DNA from: Sphingobacteriales bacterium
GTDB lineage: Bacteria; Bacteroidota; Bacteroidia; Chitinophagales; LD1
Direction: 5' to 3'
Length of the DNA stretch: 64,000 nucleotides
NCBI GenBank assembly: GCA_018262795.1
Contig: JADFDM010000001.1
Coordinates: 205,308 to 269,307 of the forward strand
The position numbers were made by a program, and so were the translations under genes. This document shows, in pieces, positions 55,699 through 64,000 of this stretch (positions within the stretch are counted from its first letter, which is position 1; every line of letters starts with the position of its first letter). The notes beneath the pieces were generated by a model. It worked only from the letters and a program-made list of their open reading frames with translations, ran no database searches and was not told where the DNA came from.

Positions 55699-56205
55699 TT
55701 ACAACAAGGACTTAAAAGAAGTATTGGTAGAAGCTACGCTCTTTAACCAATGATCACTATAAGGCACTTGCCACTTTTTCAATAACTCAGCTTTGGTTTG
55801 TACTAAGTTATTGAACACTATGGTGTAGTCATGCACTTTGCCTTCCTCTAATAATCGCGAGAAATCTTCCCGGTTGGCAGTCAACACTTCATTGCCCATT
55901 TTGTAGGCGATGTTCCAGCGGTCTAAGAAGTTTGTATGAAACTCGCTTTCGAGGCTTTTTACAAAACTTACGGAGGAGTCAACCGAGCAGCCGCCTAACC
56001 TGTCCGCTTCTTCATCAGCCATTAAAATCAAAAAGCGATCATAGAGCAAATCGCCCCATCCGCTTACTTTCTGATTGTGCGATGTCCACTGCGCTACGAA
56101 AGCATTTATTTTTTGTTTGAGAAGGATGACTTCTGCCATCGTAAATTTCCGAGCACTTTGATAAACCCAAGTGCGAGAGTTTTCTGGAAGATTATTTTGT
56201 ATCAT
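55699..56205 (-). CDS. conserved hypothetical cytoplasmic protein
   Basis: I chose the ATG at 56205 (MIQNNLPENSRTWVYQS...). The track start at 56274 is a GTG that adds a junk-like N-terminus. Confidence 0.55.
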   Translation of the reverse strand: MIQNNLPENSRTWVYQSARKFTMAEVILLKQKINAFVAQWTSHNQKVSGWGDLLYDRFLILMADEEADRLGGCSVDSSVSFVKSLESEFHTNFLDRWNIAYKMGNEVLTANREDFSRLLEEGKVHDYTIVFNNLVQTKAELLKKWQVPYSDHWLKSVASTNTSFKSLL

Positions 56206-56312
56206 AAAATTTGGTTTAACGAAGGGCGTAAGGAATATGACAATACTATGACAAAAGCGCCTTTGTAAACTCACATCAGCAGTACACCTTTGCCCGCAAA
56301 ATTAAAAGAAAT

Positions 56313-57581
56313 ATGAAAAGCGTGGTTTTTACAATCCTTTCCTGTGCACTTTTTGTGACAGCTTATTCGCAAAGCATTACTGCTAATGATTCTGCCCTTA
56401 CCGGAGCAGGTAATACTGAAATGGTCTTCTACCAGTTATCCACCGGCAGTAATACCACTGCCTCTAATGCTGATTGGCACTTGGCCTTGTCCGTGCAGCC
56501 TTCGCAGTTTCCAAGTAATACGCTTCAGGGGGCTTCGCTGCGCATTAATGAAGCGAATGGCGTAAAGGTGTATGAGATTCCGGGCTTCACGGCCGATTCG
56601 TTCAGTGTAGCCGTAGATACTGCCGGCTATCATACCTGGTTACAAGTGCACGACTCTGATACCCTTTTGAATGCCGGTGCTTTAAATACGGGGTACAATA
56701 TCTCTTCGTTTTTCTACGGATGGGGATCTTATGCCGGTCCTCCTACGCACAATGTAGTGGGGTCAAAGGTGTATTTGTTTACCTTCCCGGGAGGGGAAAT
56801 GAAGAAATTTTTGGTGAATGATTTAGATAAGGATACTGCTTGGAATGTTCAGTATGCCGATTTAGATAATAGCAATTTGCAGCATGAGATGGTGAACAAA
56901 AAAGCCTTCCTCGGTAAGCAGTACGTGTATTTAGATATGCTCACCAACACCCTCCGCGATAAGGAGCCATTAGCCGGTGATTGGGATCTCCAGTTTTTGA
57001 AATATGCAGCCACTGATGTGATGCCGGGTTCTGTTTATTCAGTGACCGGTGTTTGGGTGAATAAGGGAATCTCTGCGGCTAAGGCAGAAGGGGTAGATGT
57101 GAGCAACAATAACTATGGCGCGTATCCTCTTTCCACCCAATTAAATGCTATTGGATGGAATTGGAAGCAGTATGATAATCAGAACAGCGTTTATGTGATA
57201 CAGGATTCGCTGGCTTATTTCGTTCAAACTAAATCGGGAGATATTTATAAAGTGGTATTTACGGGTTACGATGCCGCTACCGGTGCTATCAATTTTTACA
57301 AAGAGTTAATCCCCGCTACAGGAATTCAAGAATATACTTCCACACAGTTTACCGTATTCCCAAATCCGGTGGCAAATGAGTTATTCATCCGCTCAGATGT
57401 TTCTATTGCTCATCAAGAAATTACTATGACCGACATGAGTGGGAGAGTCGTGATGAAAACTACCGGTGACGCGGGAGTGCTAACTTCTATCCCTACCGGT
57501 AACTTGGCAAATGGTTGTTACTTGCTAAAAATAACCGACCGCCAACAGCAGTATATCCAACGGGTGGTAGTGAATAAATAG
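56313..57581 (+). CDS. secreted protein with T9SS type A C-terminal sorting domain
   Basis: 422 aa with signal peptide MKSVVFTILSCALFVTAYS and C-terminus FTVFPNPVANELFI...GCYLLKITDRQ. Confidence 0.75.
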   Translation: MKSVVFTILSCALFVTAYSQSITANDSALTGAGNTEMVFYQLSTGSNTTASNADWHLALSVQPSQFPSNTLQGASLRINEANGVKVYEIPGFTADSFSVAVDTAGYHTWLQVHDSDTLLNAGALNTGYNISSFFYGWGSYAGPPTHNVVGSKVYLFTFPGGEMKKFLVNDLDKDTAWNVQYADLDNSNLQHEMVNKKAFLGKQYVYLDMLTNTLRDKEPLAGDWDLQFLKYAATDVMPGSVYSVTGVWVNKGISAAKAEGVDVSNNNYGAYPLSTQLNAIGWNWKQYDNQNSVYVIQDSLAYFVQTKSGDIYKVVFTGYDAATGAINFYKELIPATGIQEYTSTQFTVFPNPVANELFIRSDVSIAHQEITMTDMSGRVVMKTTGDAGVLTSIPTGNLANGCYLLKITDRQQQYIQRVVVNK

Positions 57582-57620
57582 AGGACAGAAATAGTGCAAT
57601 CTATTTGAAAAATCGGGCCT

Positions 57621-57658
57621 CCCACATCGTTTGCGGTTTAAATCGCAAGCGATGTGGG
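57621..57658 (+). terminator. strong hairpin, probable terminator of the preceding gene (no clear U-tract)
   Basis: CCCACATCG-T-TTGCG / loop GTTTAAAT / CGCAA-G-CGATGTGGG: 14 Watson-Crick pairs plus one G-U pair. Confidence 0.45.
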
Positions 57659-57822
57659 ATACTGTGTGCTATGAAAGCGGGTTATACGAAACCTTCCAGA
57701 ATGGCCACTTGATTTAGGGATGGACAAAAACTCAACACTCAACAATCTCTTCTCCCGCTATTGCCTCTTCTTTTTCATTTCTCCTCAATCCCTTTATTTT
57801 TACCGCGCTTAAATAATAATGA

Positions 57823-59118
57823 ATGGCGAAGTATGAATTGATAATGCCCAAAATGGGAGAGAGTATTACAGAAGCTACCATTCTGAAATGGCTGAAAAAA
57901 GAAGGAGATCGGGTAAGTATAGATGAAGCTGTGCTGGAGATAGCGACTGACAAGGTAGATTCTGAAGTGCCTTCACCGGTAGCCGGAGTGCTGAGTACGC
58001 TGCTGTATAAAGAAGGGGAGGTAGTGCCGGTGGGCAAGGTGGTGGCGGTGCTCGAAACGGAAGGGGGAGTAAGTGCCGAAGCGAAAACAGAGAGGCAAGA
58101 AAGCAGAGAGCAAGCACCAAAGCAAATGCCTGCTGCCGAAGTGAAGGCGGTTAAATCTACGGTCGAAAATTCTACCGATCGTTTCTATTCTCCTTTGGTG
58201 TTGAATATTGCGCGTCACGAAGGCATTGGGATGGGCGAACTGGAAGCGCTGTCCGGTACGGGAGCAGGGGGGCGGGTCACTAAGAAAGATATACTGGCTT
58301 ATGTGGAAAGTAGAGCCAATCAACCGCAGATAAGCAAAAGTGAAGCGGTGAAAGAAACACAGGAAAGCAAAGTGAGCACACCTGTGGCTCCGGCCAAAAC
58401 CTACAGCGGCAATATAGAGATTATAGAGATGGATCGGATGCGCAGGTTGATTGCCGACAACATGATTAAAAGCAAACACACCTCTGCACATGTCACTTCA
58501 TTTGTAGAAGCCGATGTGACCAACATCGTGCTGTGGCGCAGTAAGATGAAGAAGAAGTTTCAGGACTTGTATGGCGAGAACCTGACCTTTACCCCTATTT
58601 TTATAGAAGCTATCTGCAAAGCACTTCGCGATTTTCCAATGGTGAATTCATCGCTGGACGGGAGCAACATTATTTTAAAGAAGGACATCAACATTGGAAT
58701 GGCAGCCGCTATGCCAAACGGAAATCTGATAGTGCCGGTAATCAAAAATGCCGACATGCTGAATTTAGTGGGCTTGGCCAAAAAGGTAAATGATTTAGCG
58801 GTACGTGCGCGCCAGGGCAAACTAAAGGCCGATGAAATTGAAGGCGGCACTTACACCATGTCCAACGTAGGAACTTTCGGAAACGTAATGGGCACTCCGG
58901 TAATCTTGCAGCCACAGGTAGCCATCTTGGCTACGGGAGCCATTAAAAAGAAACCGGTGGTGATAGAAACCGAGGCGGGCGATGCCATTGGTATTCGCCA
59001 CATGATGTTCCTGTCGCACAGCTACGACCATCGAATTATTGACGGAGCCGTTGGCGGTTCTTTCGTTCGCAAAGTGGCCGATTACTTAGAGCAGTTCGAC
59101 AGCAACCGCGAGATTTAA
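57823..59118 (+). CDS. 2-oxoacid dehydrogenase E2 component (dihydrolipoamide acyltransferase)
   Basis: Lipoyl domain EIATDKVDSEVPSPVAG, an E3/E1-binding domain SPLVLNIARHEGI, and a catalytic C-terminus LSHSYDHRIIDGA. Confidence 0.9.
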   Translation: MAKYELIMPKMGESITEATILKWLKKEGDRVSIDEAVLEIATDKVDSEVPSPVAGVLSTLLYKEGEVVPVGKVVAVLETEGGVSAEAKTERQESREQAPKQMPAAEVKAVKSTVENSTDRFYSPLVLNIARHEGIGMGELEALSGTGAGGRVTKKDILAYVESRANQPQISKSEAVKETQESKVSTPVAPAKTYSGNIEIIEMDRMRRLIADNMIKSKHTSAHVTSFVEADVTNIVLWRSKMKKKFQDLYGENLTFTPIFIEAICKALRDFPMVNSSLDGSNIILKKDINIGMAAAMPNGNLIVPVIKNADMLNLVGLAKKVNDLAVRARQGKLKADEIEGGTYTMSNVGTFGNVMGTPVILQPQVAILATGAIKKKPVVIETEAGDAIGIRHMMFLSHSYDHRIIDGAVGGSFVRKVADYLEQFDSNREI

Positions 59119-59251
59119 TCTTTCATTCTTCGGTAAATAATTCTGGGTTGCGATTTTTTTGTGACAAGTAATTTCTTCTATCTTGCCTTTGTGATTGCAA
59201 GCTATATATCGCTTTGCTTCACCTTTGTTTCTATCAAACTAAAACCTGACT

Positions 59252-62200
59252 ATGAACAAAAAACTTTTACTCTCTGCCATTACACTTCTCTTTTCCCTCT
59301 GCATTTACGCGCAAGAAACTGTTCGTATCAGCGGCAATGTGCAGGATGATCAAAAACAAGCACTGCTCGGAGCTTCTGTTCGGGTAAAGGGCACCAATAC
59401 CGGCACCGCTACTGATGATTCGGGCAACTACACCCTGGAAGTTCCCAAAACCGCTACTACACTGGTGGTAAGTTACGTGGGCTTTGATGATAAGGAAATA
59501 GCCATTGATGTAAGCAAAGGCAATCAGGTGGTGAATGTGGATATGGCTGCCACTAATATTTCGCTGAATCAAGTCGTTATTTCAGCATCGAAGAAACGGG
59601 AAAAGGTACTCGATGCTCCGGCTTCTATTTCAGTGATTGGGCAGGATAAATTGGAGCGGAACGTGGTGACCACTCCGGTAGAGCAACTCAAATCAACTCC
59701 CGGGGTGGACATTATGCGCACGGGCTTGGTTTCCTCTAACGTAGTGGTGCGCGGCTTCAACAATATCTTCTCCGGCTCAGTGCTAAATGTGGTGGACAAT
59801 CGCATTGGCTCGGTGCCTTCCCTTCGGGTGAACGCCTATCAGTTGATTCCCACCTCTACGCTAGATATGGAACGGATAGAAGTAGTGCGCGGCCCCGCTT
59901 CGGCACTATACGGCCCCAATGCTTCGAGCGGGGTGGTGCATATTATCACCAAGTCGCCATTAGATCAGCAGAAGAAATTTGAAACGACTGTGGCCATGAC
60001 TACCGGCTTTACGGTGTTGGATAAAGCCTCGCAAAACTTGCCTATTGGCCGCTATGGCAACGACTACTTTACCGGCAATCCCAACCCCGATTCTATCGTG
60101 GGTTATTCCAAAACTAAAAGAGTATCGGGCAATATTATCAACCCCGAGTTTCGCCATTCAGGAAAACTGTGGGGCGGCAAGTTTGGGTACAAAATTTCGG
60201 GCAGTTATTTTCAGGGCAAGGATTATCCCAACTATGACAGCCGCGAACCTTACGATGGCGATAGCATTGTGTTCGGAAGTGTAAGAAACGGCCAACTGTT
60301 TGCGCCCGACACCCTTCAAAAATTTACGCGCGACTCCTCCGGGTACACGATTCTCGATTCCGCTCATTTAGATATTCATCGTTTTCAAAAGGATTTTTCT
60401 ATCCGAAAATATACAGTAGATGGTCGCATTGACATCAAACCTATTGATGACATCACCCTCACCATCAATGGCGGTTTGGCCGGGGTGCGCAATGTGGAAC
60501 TGACCGGACTCGGTGCCGCACAAGCCGGAGCCGGTGGCCCGGGTTGGATATACTGGTACCTGCAAGCGCGTTTCCGTTGGAAAAATCTGTATATCCAGTA
60601 TTTCATCAACAGCAGCGATGCGGGCGGCACTTATCTGCTTCCACAGTTATCAGAGTCCGGAAGAAACGACTATAACTCCACTTCGCCACCTACTGCTTAC
60701 CACGTGCAAAAGTTGATAGACAAATCGAAACTGCACGGCATTCAGGTGCAGCACTCTTATAGCCCTTTAGAAAGGTTAAACTTCGTTTATGGAGTGGATG
60801 TACTACTCACTCGCCCCGATACCAAAGGAACTATTAACGGACGATTTGAAGACAAAGACAACCTCAATCAGGCCGGAGGTTATTTGCAGGGAGATTACGA
60901 GCCTTTGAAATGGTTGAAGTTTCTCGCTGCTTTCCGGGTGGACTACAACAGCATTATAAAGAATGTGTCGTTCAGCCCGCGTGCGGCTGTGGTATTTAAA
61001 CCGGCTGTGGGTCAAAACATTCGCATTACTTACAACCGCGCTTTCGATGCGCCCACTACTCTCAATCAATTCCTCGACTTATCCAACGGACTTATTCCCA
61101 ACGGGATTAATGTTCGCGGAATCGGCAATCCTTATGGATGGACTTACAATTATGGTTCATCGGGAGCCGTTCAATTTAGAGAAGCACCGTGGGGTAGAGA
61201 TACCGGAATTACCTGGGTTGATTATGGCAACAAGAGCGACAACTCTAAGATGTTTGGCTACCTGACTAATTACTTGGTGAACAGTTTCTCTAAAAACTTA
61301 GGCGGAAACGTGATACTGGCGCAGAGCTTAGTCAATCAGATTTTCAATGGCATTAAAGGAAATACCGGTACGGTAGCCACTGCCGATCAACTCTCTGTGG
61401 ACTACGCCAACTTTGCTACTACCAAAGACTTGGCGGGAAGCATTCAAGATGTGAATAGTTTTCAGAATTTAAAGAAGATTGATAACTCTTTTACCCAAAC
61501 CTTAGAGTTGGGCTACAAAGGCCTTTTCTTTAGCAAACTCTCCGTGCAGGTGGATTTATATTGGACCCGCATCAGCCAATATGTGAGCGCTCTTCGCTCG
61601 GCTTCAGGAGCTGTGATGCTCGACCATAATTCCTACTTGGGCGGGTACGATGCTAATACGCTTCAGATTGATACCGGGGGAAGGCTTTACCAAAACTTAT
61701 ACGCGAATAATGGAGCACTAAACAATCTGCTGGTTCCAATTTTGGACGGGGCCTCCAGTCTTCAAAACAGTTCTATTGTTCCCTCTATTCCGGGAAGCGT
61801 GTGGGATGAATTTGTGGTGATGACTTATCAATTCCCTATCGGCACCATTACCCCGAATGATAGTAACTATGTTGGCTCCGACTACATTCTCACTTACAAA
61901 AACTTAGGCCGCTTAGATGTGTTCGGTATTGATTTCGGCTTTCAGTATAATATCTATGATGATCAGGCACACAGCATTTCTGCAGGGGGCTCGCTTTCGT
62001 GGGTAGATAAAGATCAATTGGTGCTAAGCTCCGGTGAAACCGTTTCGCTAAATGCGCCTAAAGTAAAGGCCGCGGTCACTTTCGATCATGAATTGAAGAA
62101 ACCGGGACTTGCATACGGCCTCTCGTTCCGCTATCAAATGGGGTACGAAGCCAACTCTGCCGTGTATTTCGGTATGGTGAAACCGGCCTACCTGCTGGAT

Positions 62201-62347
62201 GCGCGCATCAGTTACAAACCTAATTTCTATAAAAACCTCTTGTTGTCGCTCAACGTGAATAATGTAACCAACTATCAGTGGAGAAGTTTCCCCGGAACTC
62301 CAAAAATGGGTACGCAGTTTTACGCTCGCGCGCAGGTTACTTTCTAA
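59252..62347 (+). CDS. TonB-dependent outer-membrane receptor with an N-terminal carboxypeptidase-regulatory-like domain
   Basis: 1031 aa with a signal peptide, ISGNVQDD...VRVKGTNTGTATDDSGNYTLEV, plug motifs (PGVDIMRTG, VVRGF) and a C-terminal aromatic residue (...AQVTF). Confidence 0.9.
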   Translation: MNKKLLLSAITLLFSLCIYAQETVRISGNVQDDQKQALLGASVRVKGTNTGTATDDSGNYTLEVPKTATTLVVSYVGFDDKEIAIDVSKGNQVVNVDMAATNISLNQVVISASKKREKVLDAPASISVIGQDKLERNVVTTPVEQLKSTPGVDIMRTGLVSSNVVVRGFNNIFSGSVLNVVDNRIGSVPSLRVNAYQLIPTSTLDMERIEVVRGPASALYGPNASSGVVHIITKSPLDQQKKFETTVAMTTGFTVLDKASQNLPIGRYGNDYFTGNPNPDSIVGYSKTKRVSGNIINPEFRHSGKLWGGKFGYKISGSYFQGKDYPNYDSREPYDGDSIVFGSVRNGQLFAPDTLQKFTRDSSGYTILDSAHLDIHRFQKDFSIRKYTVDGRIDIKPIDDITLTINGGLAGVRNVELTGLGAAQAGAGGPGWIYWYLQARFRWKNLYIQYFINSSDAGGTYLLPQLSESGRNDYNSTSPPTAYHVQKLIDKSKLHGIQVQHSYSPLERLNFVYGVDVLLTRPDTKGTINGRFEDKDNLNQAGGYLQGDYEPLKWLKFLAAFRVDYNSIIKNVSFSPRAAVVFKPAVGQNIRITYNRAFDAPTTLNQFLDLSNGLIPNGINVRGIGNPYGWTYNYGSSGAVQFREAPWGRDTGITWVDYGNKSDNSKMFGYLTNYLVNSFSKNLGGNVILAQSLVNQIFNGIKGNTGTVATADQLSVDYANFATTKDLAGSIQDVNSFQNLKKIDNSFTQTLELGYKGLFFSKLSVQVDLYWTRISQYVSALRSASGAVMLDHNSYLGGYDANTLQIDTGGRLYQNLYANNGALNNLLVPILDGASSLQNSSIVPSIPGSVWDEFVVMTYQFPIGTITPNDSNYVGSDYILTYKNLGRLDVFGIDFGFQYNIYDDQAHSISAGGSLSWVDKDQLVLSSGETVSLNAPKVKAAVTFDHELKKPGLAYGLSFRYQMGYEANSAVYFGMVKPAYLLDARISYKPNFYKNLLLSLNVNNVTNYQWRSFPGTPKMGTQFYARAQVTF

Positions 62348-62510
62348 ACCAAGCGGATGGGAGATAAAGAATATTTTTTTGATGAATAGCGAATTGCTCT
62401 TTCGGCTGTGACTATTCAAAATAATCTTTGAGAGGCCTTATGGGGGTAATATTGTAGCGGAGATGAAGGATGAAGTTTTCTGGCAATACAGCCTTCTTGG
62501 AAGTGAGCCT

Positions 62511-62894
62511 TTAAGGAAGCACCTGAAATACCACCTCCGCAAAGCCGATGGATTGAACATTGTCTTGTGCCATAATTTGCAACCGAAACGAACCTGCCGT
62601 GCCGGTAAAATAATTGTAGGCAAATGAAGCCTCATTGTTGCCGTAAACATCGGGGGATTCAGTAAATACAGTATCGCCATTCTCGTTCAACACCAGCACC
62701 CTTAGCGCATTCAACCAAACATCGTCACTCACGGTGCCTTCTATTCTTACTGAATCGGGCAAGTGAATAGTAGCAGCGGCAATAGGTTGAGCAATCGTAA
62801 TCACAGGAGGCATGTTCTCACATTTCTTGTTGCACGAAGATGCGGGAGCGGCAAGGATAAGCAGGAGAAAAAGGCGGCTGAAGGAAATTCTCAT
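62511..62894 (-). CDS. small lipoprotein, Ig-like (DUF4625-like by resemblance)
   Basis: 127 aa with lipobox LILAAPASSC. It is convergent with the TonB-dependent receptor gene. Confidence 0.55.
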   Translation of the reverse strand: MRISFSRLFLLLILAAPASSCNKKCENMPPVITIAQPIAAATIHLPDSVRIEGTVSDDVWLNALRVLVLNENGDTVFTESPDVYGNNEASFAYNYFTGTAGSFRLQIMAQDNVQSIGFAEVVFQVLP

Positions 62895-62924
62895 TGACTT
62901 AATATTTGAAAGACAAAATAAGAA

Positions 62925-63932
62925 TTATAAGCTCAGCAGGAATGCTAAGGTGTCTATCCCATCTGCATAATCATTAAGTGCAGGGTGTTGTGCTCGCCCA
63001 AAAGAGGCTTCGGAGAGTCCGCCCCAATGATGCGGCTGTGAGGATACGATGCACTGTAAACTCTCTTTGTGTTGTTTTAGTTGGCTCATCAGTATTCGTT
63101 CGTCATGCCAGTACTGGTAATTCAAAGTGCCAATGGCAGAGGGAATTTGCTCGCTTTCCGTCAACATTAAAAATTCATTGGCTAAGTGAGGAGTTTGATT
63201 CATCAAAAGCAAGGTGCGGTTGTAGTCATAGTTGTTTCTATACTTAGAATGACCGTGCAACCACTTATACTTTTCGAATCGGGGGAAAAGCATGGAGAGG
63301 TCATAACCTACGGGAACGTAAAGTTTTGAGACATTGCGACAACCGAAGCCAAAATAAAGAAAGATGTCATCGGCTAATAGTTGTAACTCTTCGTCAGACT
63401 CCTGACCGGTGAGAATGGCCACGGAATTGCGATTAGCTCGCAAAATTTTCGGGTAGTTTTTAAAGTAGTATTCAAAATATCGGTTAGTGTTATTACTGCC
63501 GGTGGCTATTACGGCATCATAATCTTGTAGCTTTTCCACCAACTCTATCCGTTCATTTATTGCCGGGTCTATGTCTTGGAGCAGTTGCAGCAGAAAAGGA
63601 AATAGCACCTCATCTTTGGAGGATAACTTAATTTTCATTTTACATCCACTGAGGTAACAACACAAGAAATCATGAAAGCCCACCAAAGGAATATTGCCGG
63701 CAAAAATGAGTCCGATTGTTTTATTTCGAGGTGTCACTGAATACTTCTGTAGCCATTCATTCAGTTTTTGCTCCTCCAGCATTTCTTCTCCAATTGCATG
63801 TAGGGCAGTACGGGTAAAGTCAGGAATGAACCAAGAATTTTTCTGAGATGCCTGCTGAATTTTAACCTCTGAAATGACCGGGTCGCTCAGGCGATTCCCC
63901 AACTGCACTAAATAATCCAACTCCTTTGGCAT
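62925..63932 (-). CDS. LuxC-like acyl-CoA reductase family protein
   Basis: 335 aa. It resembles the conserved Bacteroidota LuxC-type protein (FAGNIPLVGFHD, GFGCRNVSKLYVP). The assignment is from memory of the family. Confidence 0.6.
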   Translation of the reverse strand: MPKELDYLVQLGNRLSDPVISEVKIQQASQKNSWFIPDFTRTALHAIGEEMLEEQKLNEWLQKYSVTPRNKTIGLIFAGNIPLVGFHDFLCCYLSGCKMKIKLSSKDEVLFPFLLQLLQDIDPAINERIELVEKLQDYDAVIATGSNNTNRYFEYYFKNYPKILRANRNSVAILTGQESDEELQLLADDIFLYFGFGCRNVSKLYVPVGYDLSMLFPRFEKYKWLHGHSKYRNNYDYNRTLLLMNQTPHLANEFLMLTESEQIPSAIGTLNYQYWHDERILMSQLKQHKESLQCIVSSQPHHWGGLSEASFGRAQHPALNDYADGIDTLAFLLSL

Positions 63933-64000
63933 GGTAATCTTGTTTCTCGCTATAATGGTTGTCTAAAAATGGATGCACGAAAATAAAATAGTCGTGCTTG

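Noticed and set aside
57973-58491. 172-aa ORF antisense to the E2 gene
   Set aside because: It is a shadow ORF over the Ala/Pro/Glu-rich linker region of E2. Its composition is Arg/His/Phe-rich junk.
1-64000. Mobile elements, prophage, defence islands, and tRNA or rRNA genes
   Set aside because: I recognised no transposase, integrase, recombinase, phage structural, restriction-modification, toxin-antitoxin or cas-like protein among the ORFs. No intergenic region had tRNA-like acceptor or T-arm sequences. A proper tRNAscan, Infernal and defence-system HMM scan would be needed to be certain.

Overview
This is a densely coding chromosomal segment from a Bacteroidota genome. The assignment rests on four proteins with T9SS C-terminal sorting domains, a PorX-type receiver/PglZ regulator, the HD / lpxD / lpxC arrangement, many perfect TAnnTTTG -7 promoter boxes and a mevalonate-pathway operon. 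I call about 55 protein genes. I recognised no rRNA, tRNA, CRISPR array, transposase, integrase or prophage gene, so most of the window looks like core genome. Contents, left to right: lipid A genes and porX; a thiol-redox cluster (trxB, START-domain protein, gpx, trxA); central metabolism and housekeeping genes (fbaB, accD, ffh, mdh, nth); an lptF/G / PAP2 / ArnT-like operon; a glycosyltransferase cluster joined to ribBA; nhaA; a 756-bp array of 21-bp tandem repeats; a 1518-aa multi-PKD T9SS adhesin; a mevalonate operon with an unexplained secreted 707-aa protein; an Ntn acylase; rnr; an orphan response regulator; rlmI; an orphan E2 acyltransferase; and a TonB-dependent receptor. The four observations most worth a second look are: (1) the spacer-less 36 x 21-bp array at 32598-33353; (2) the 707-aa exported protein 6 nt downstream of the GYDIA-type GHMP kinase in the mevalonate operon; (3) an in-frame TAG in nth exactly where the last spacer residue of the Fe-S Cys motif would be, followed directly by a Cys codon; (4) the 4-nt-overlap operon lptF/G-PAP2-ArnT-like. 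I could not identify a clear-cut new multi-gene system such as a defence island. All functional calls come from reading motifs by eye, not from database searches.
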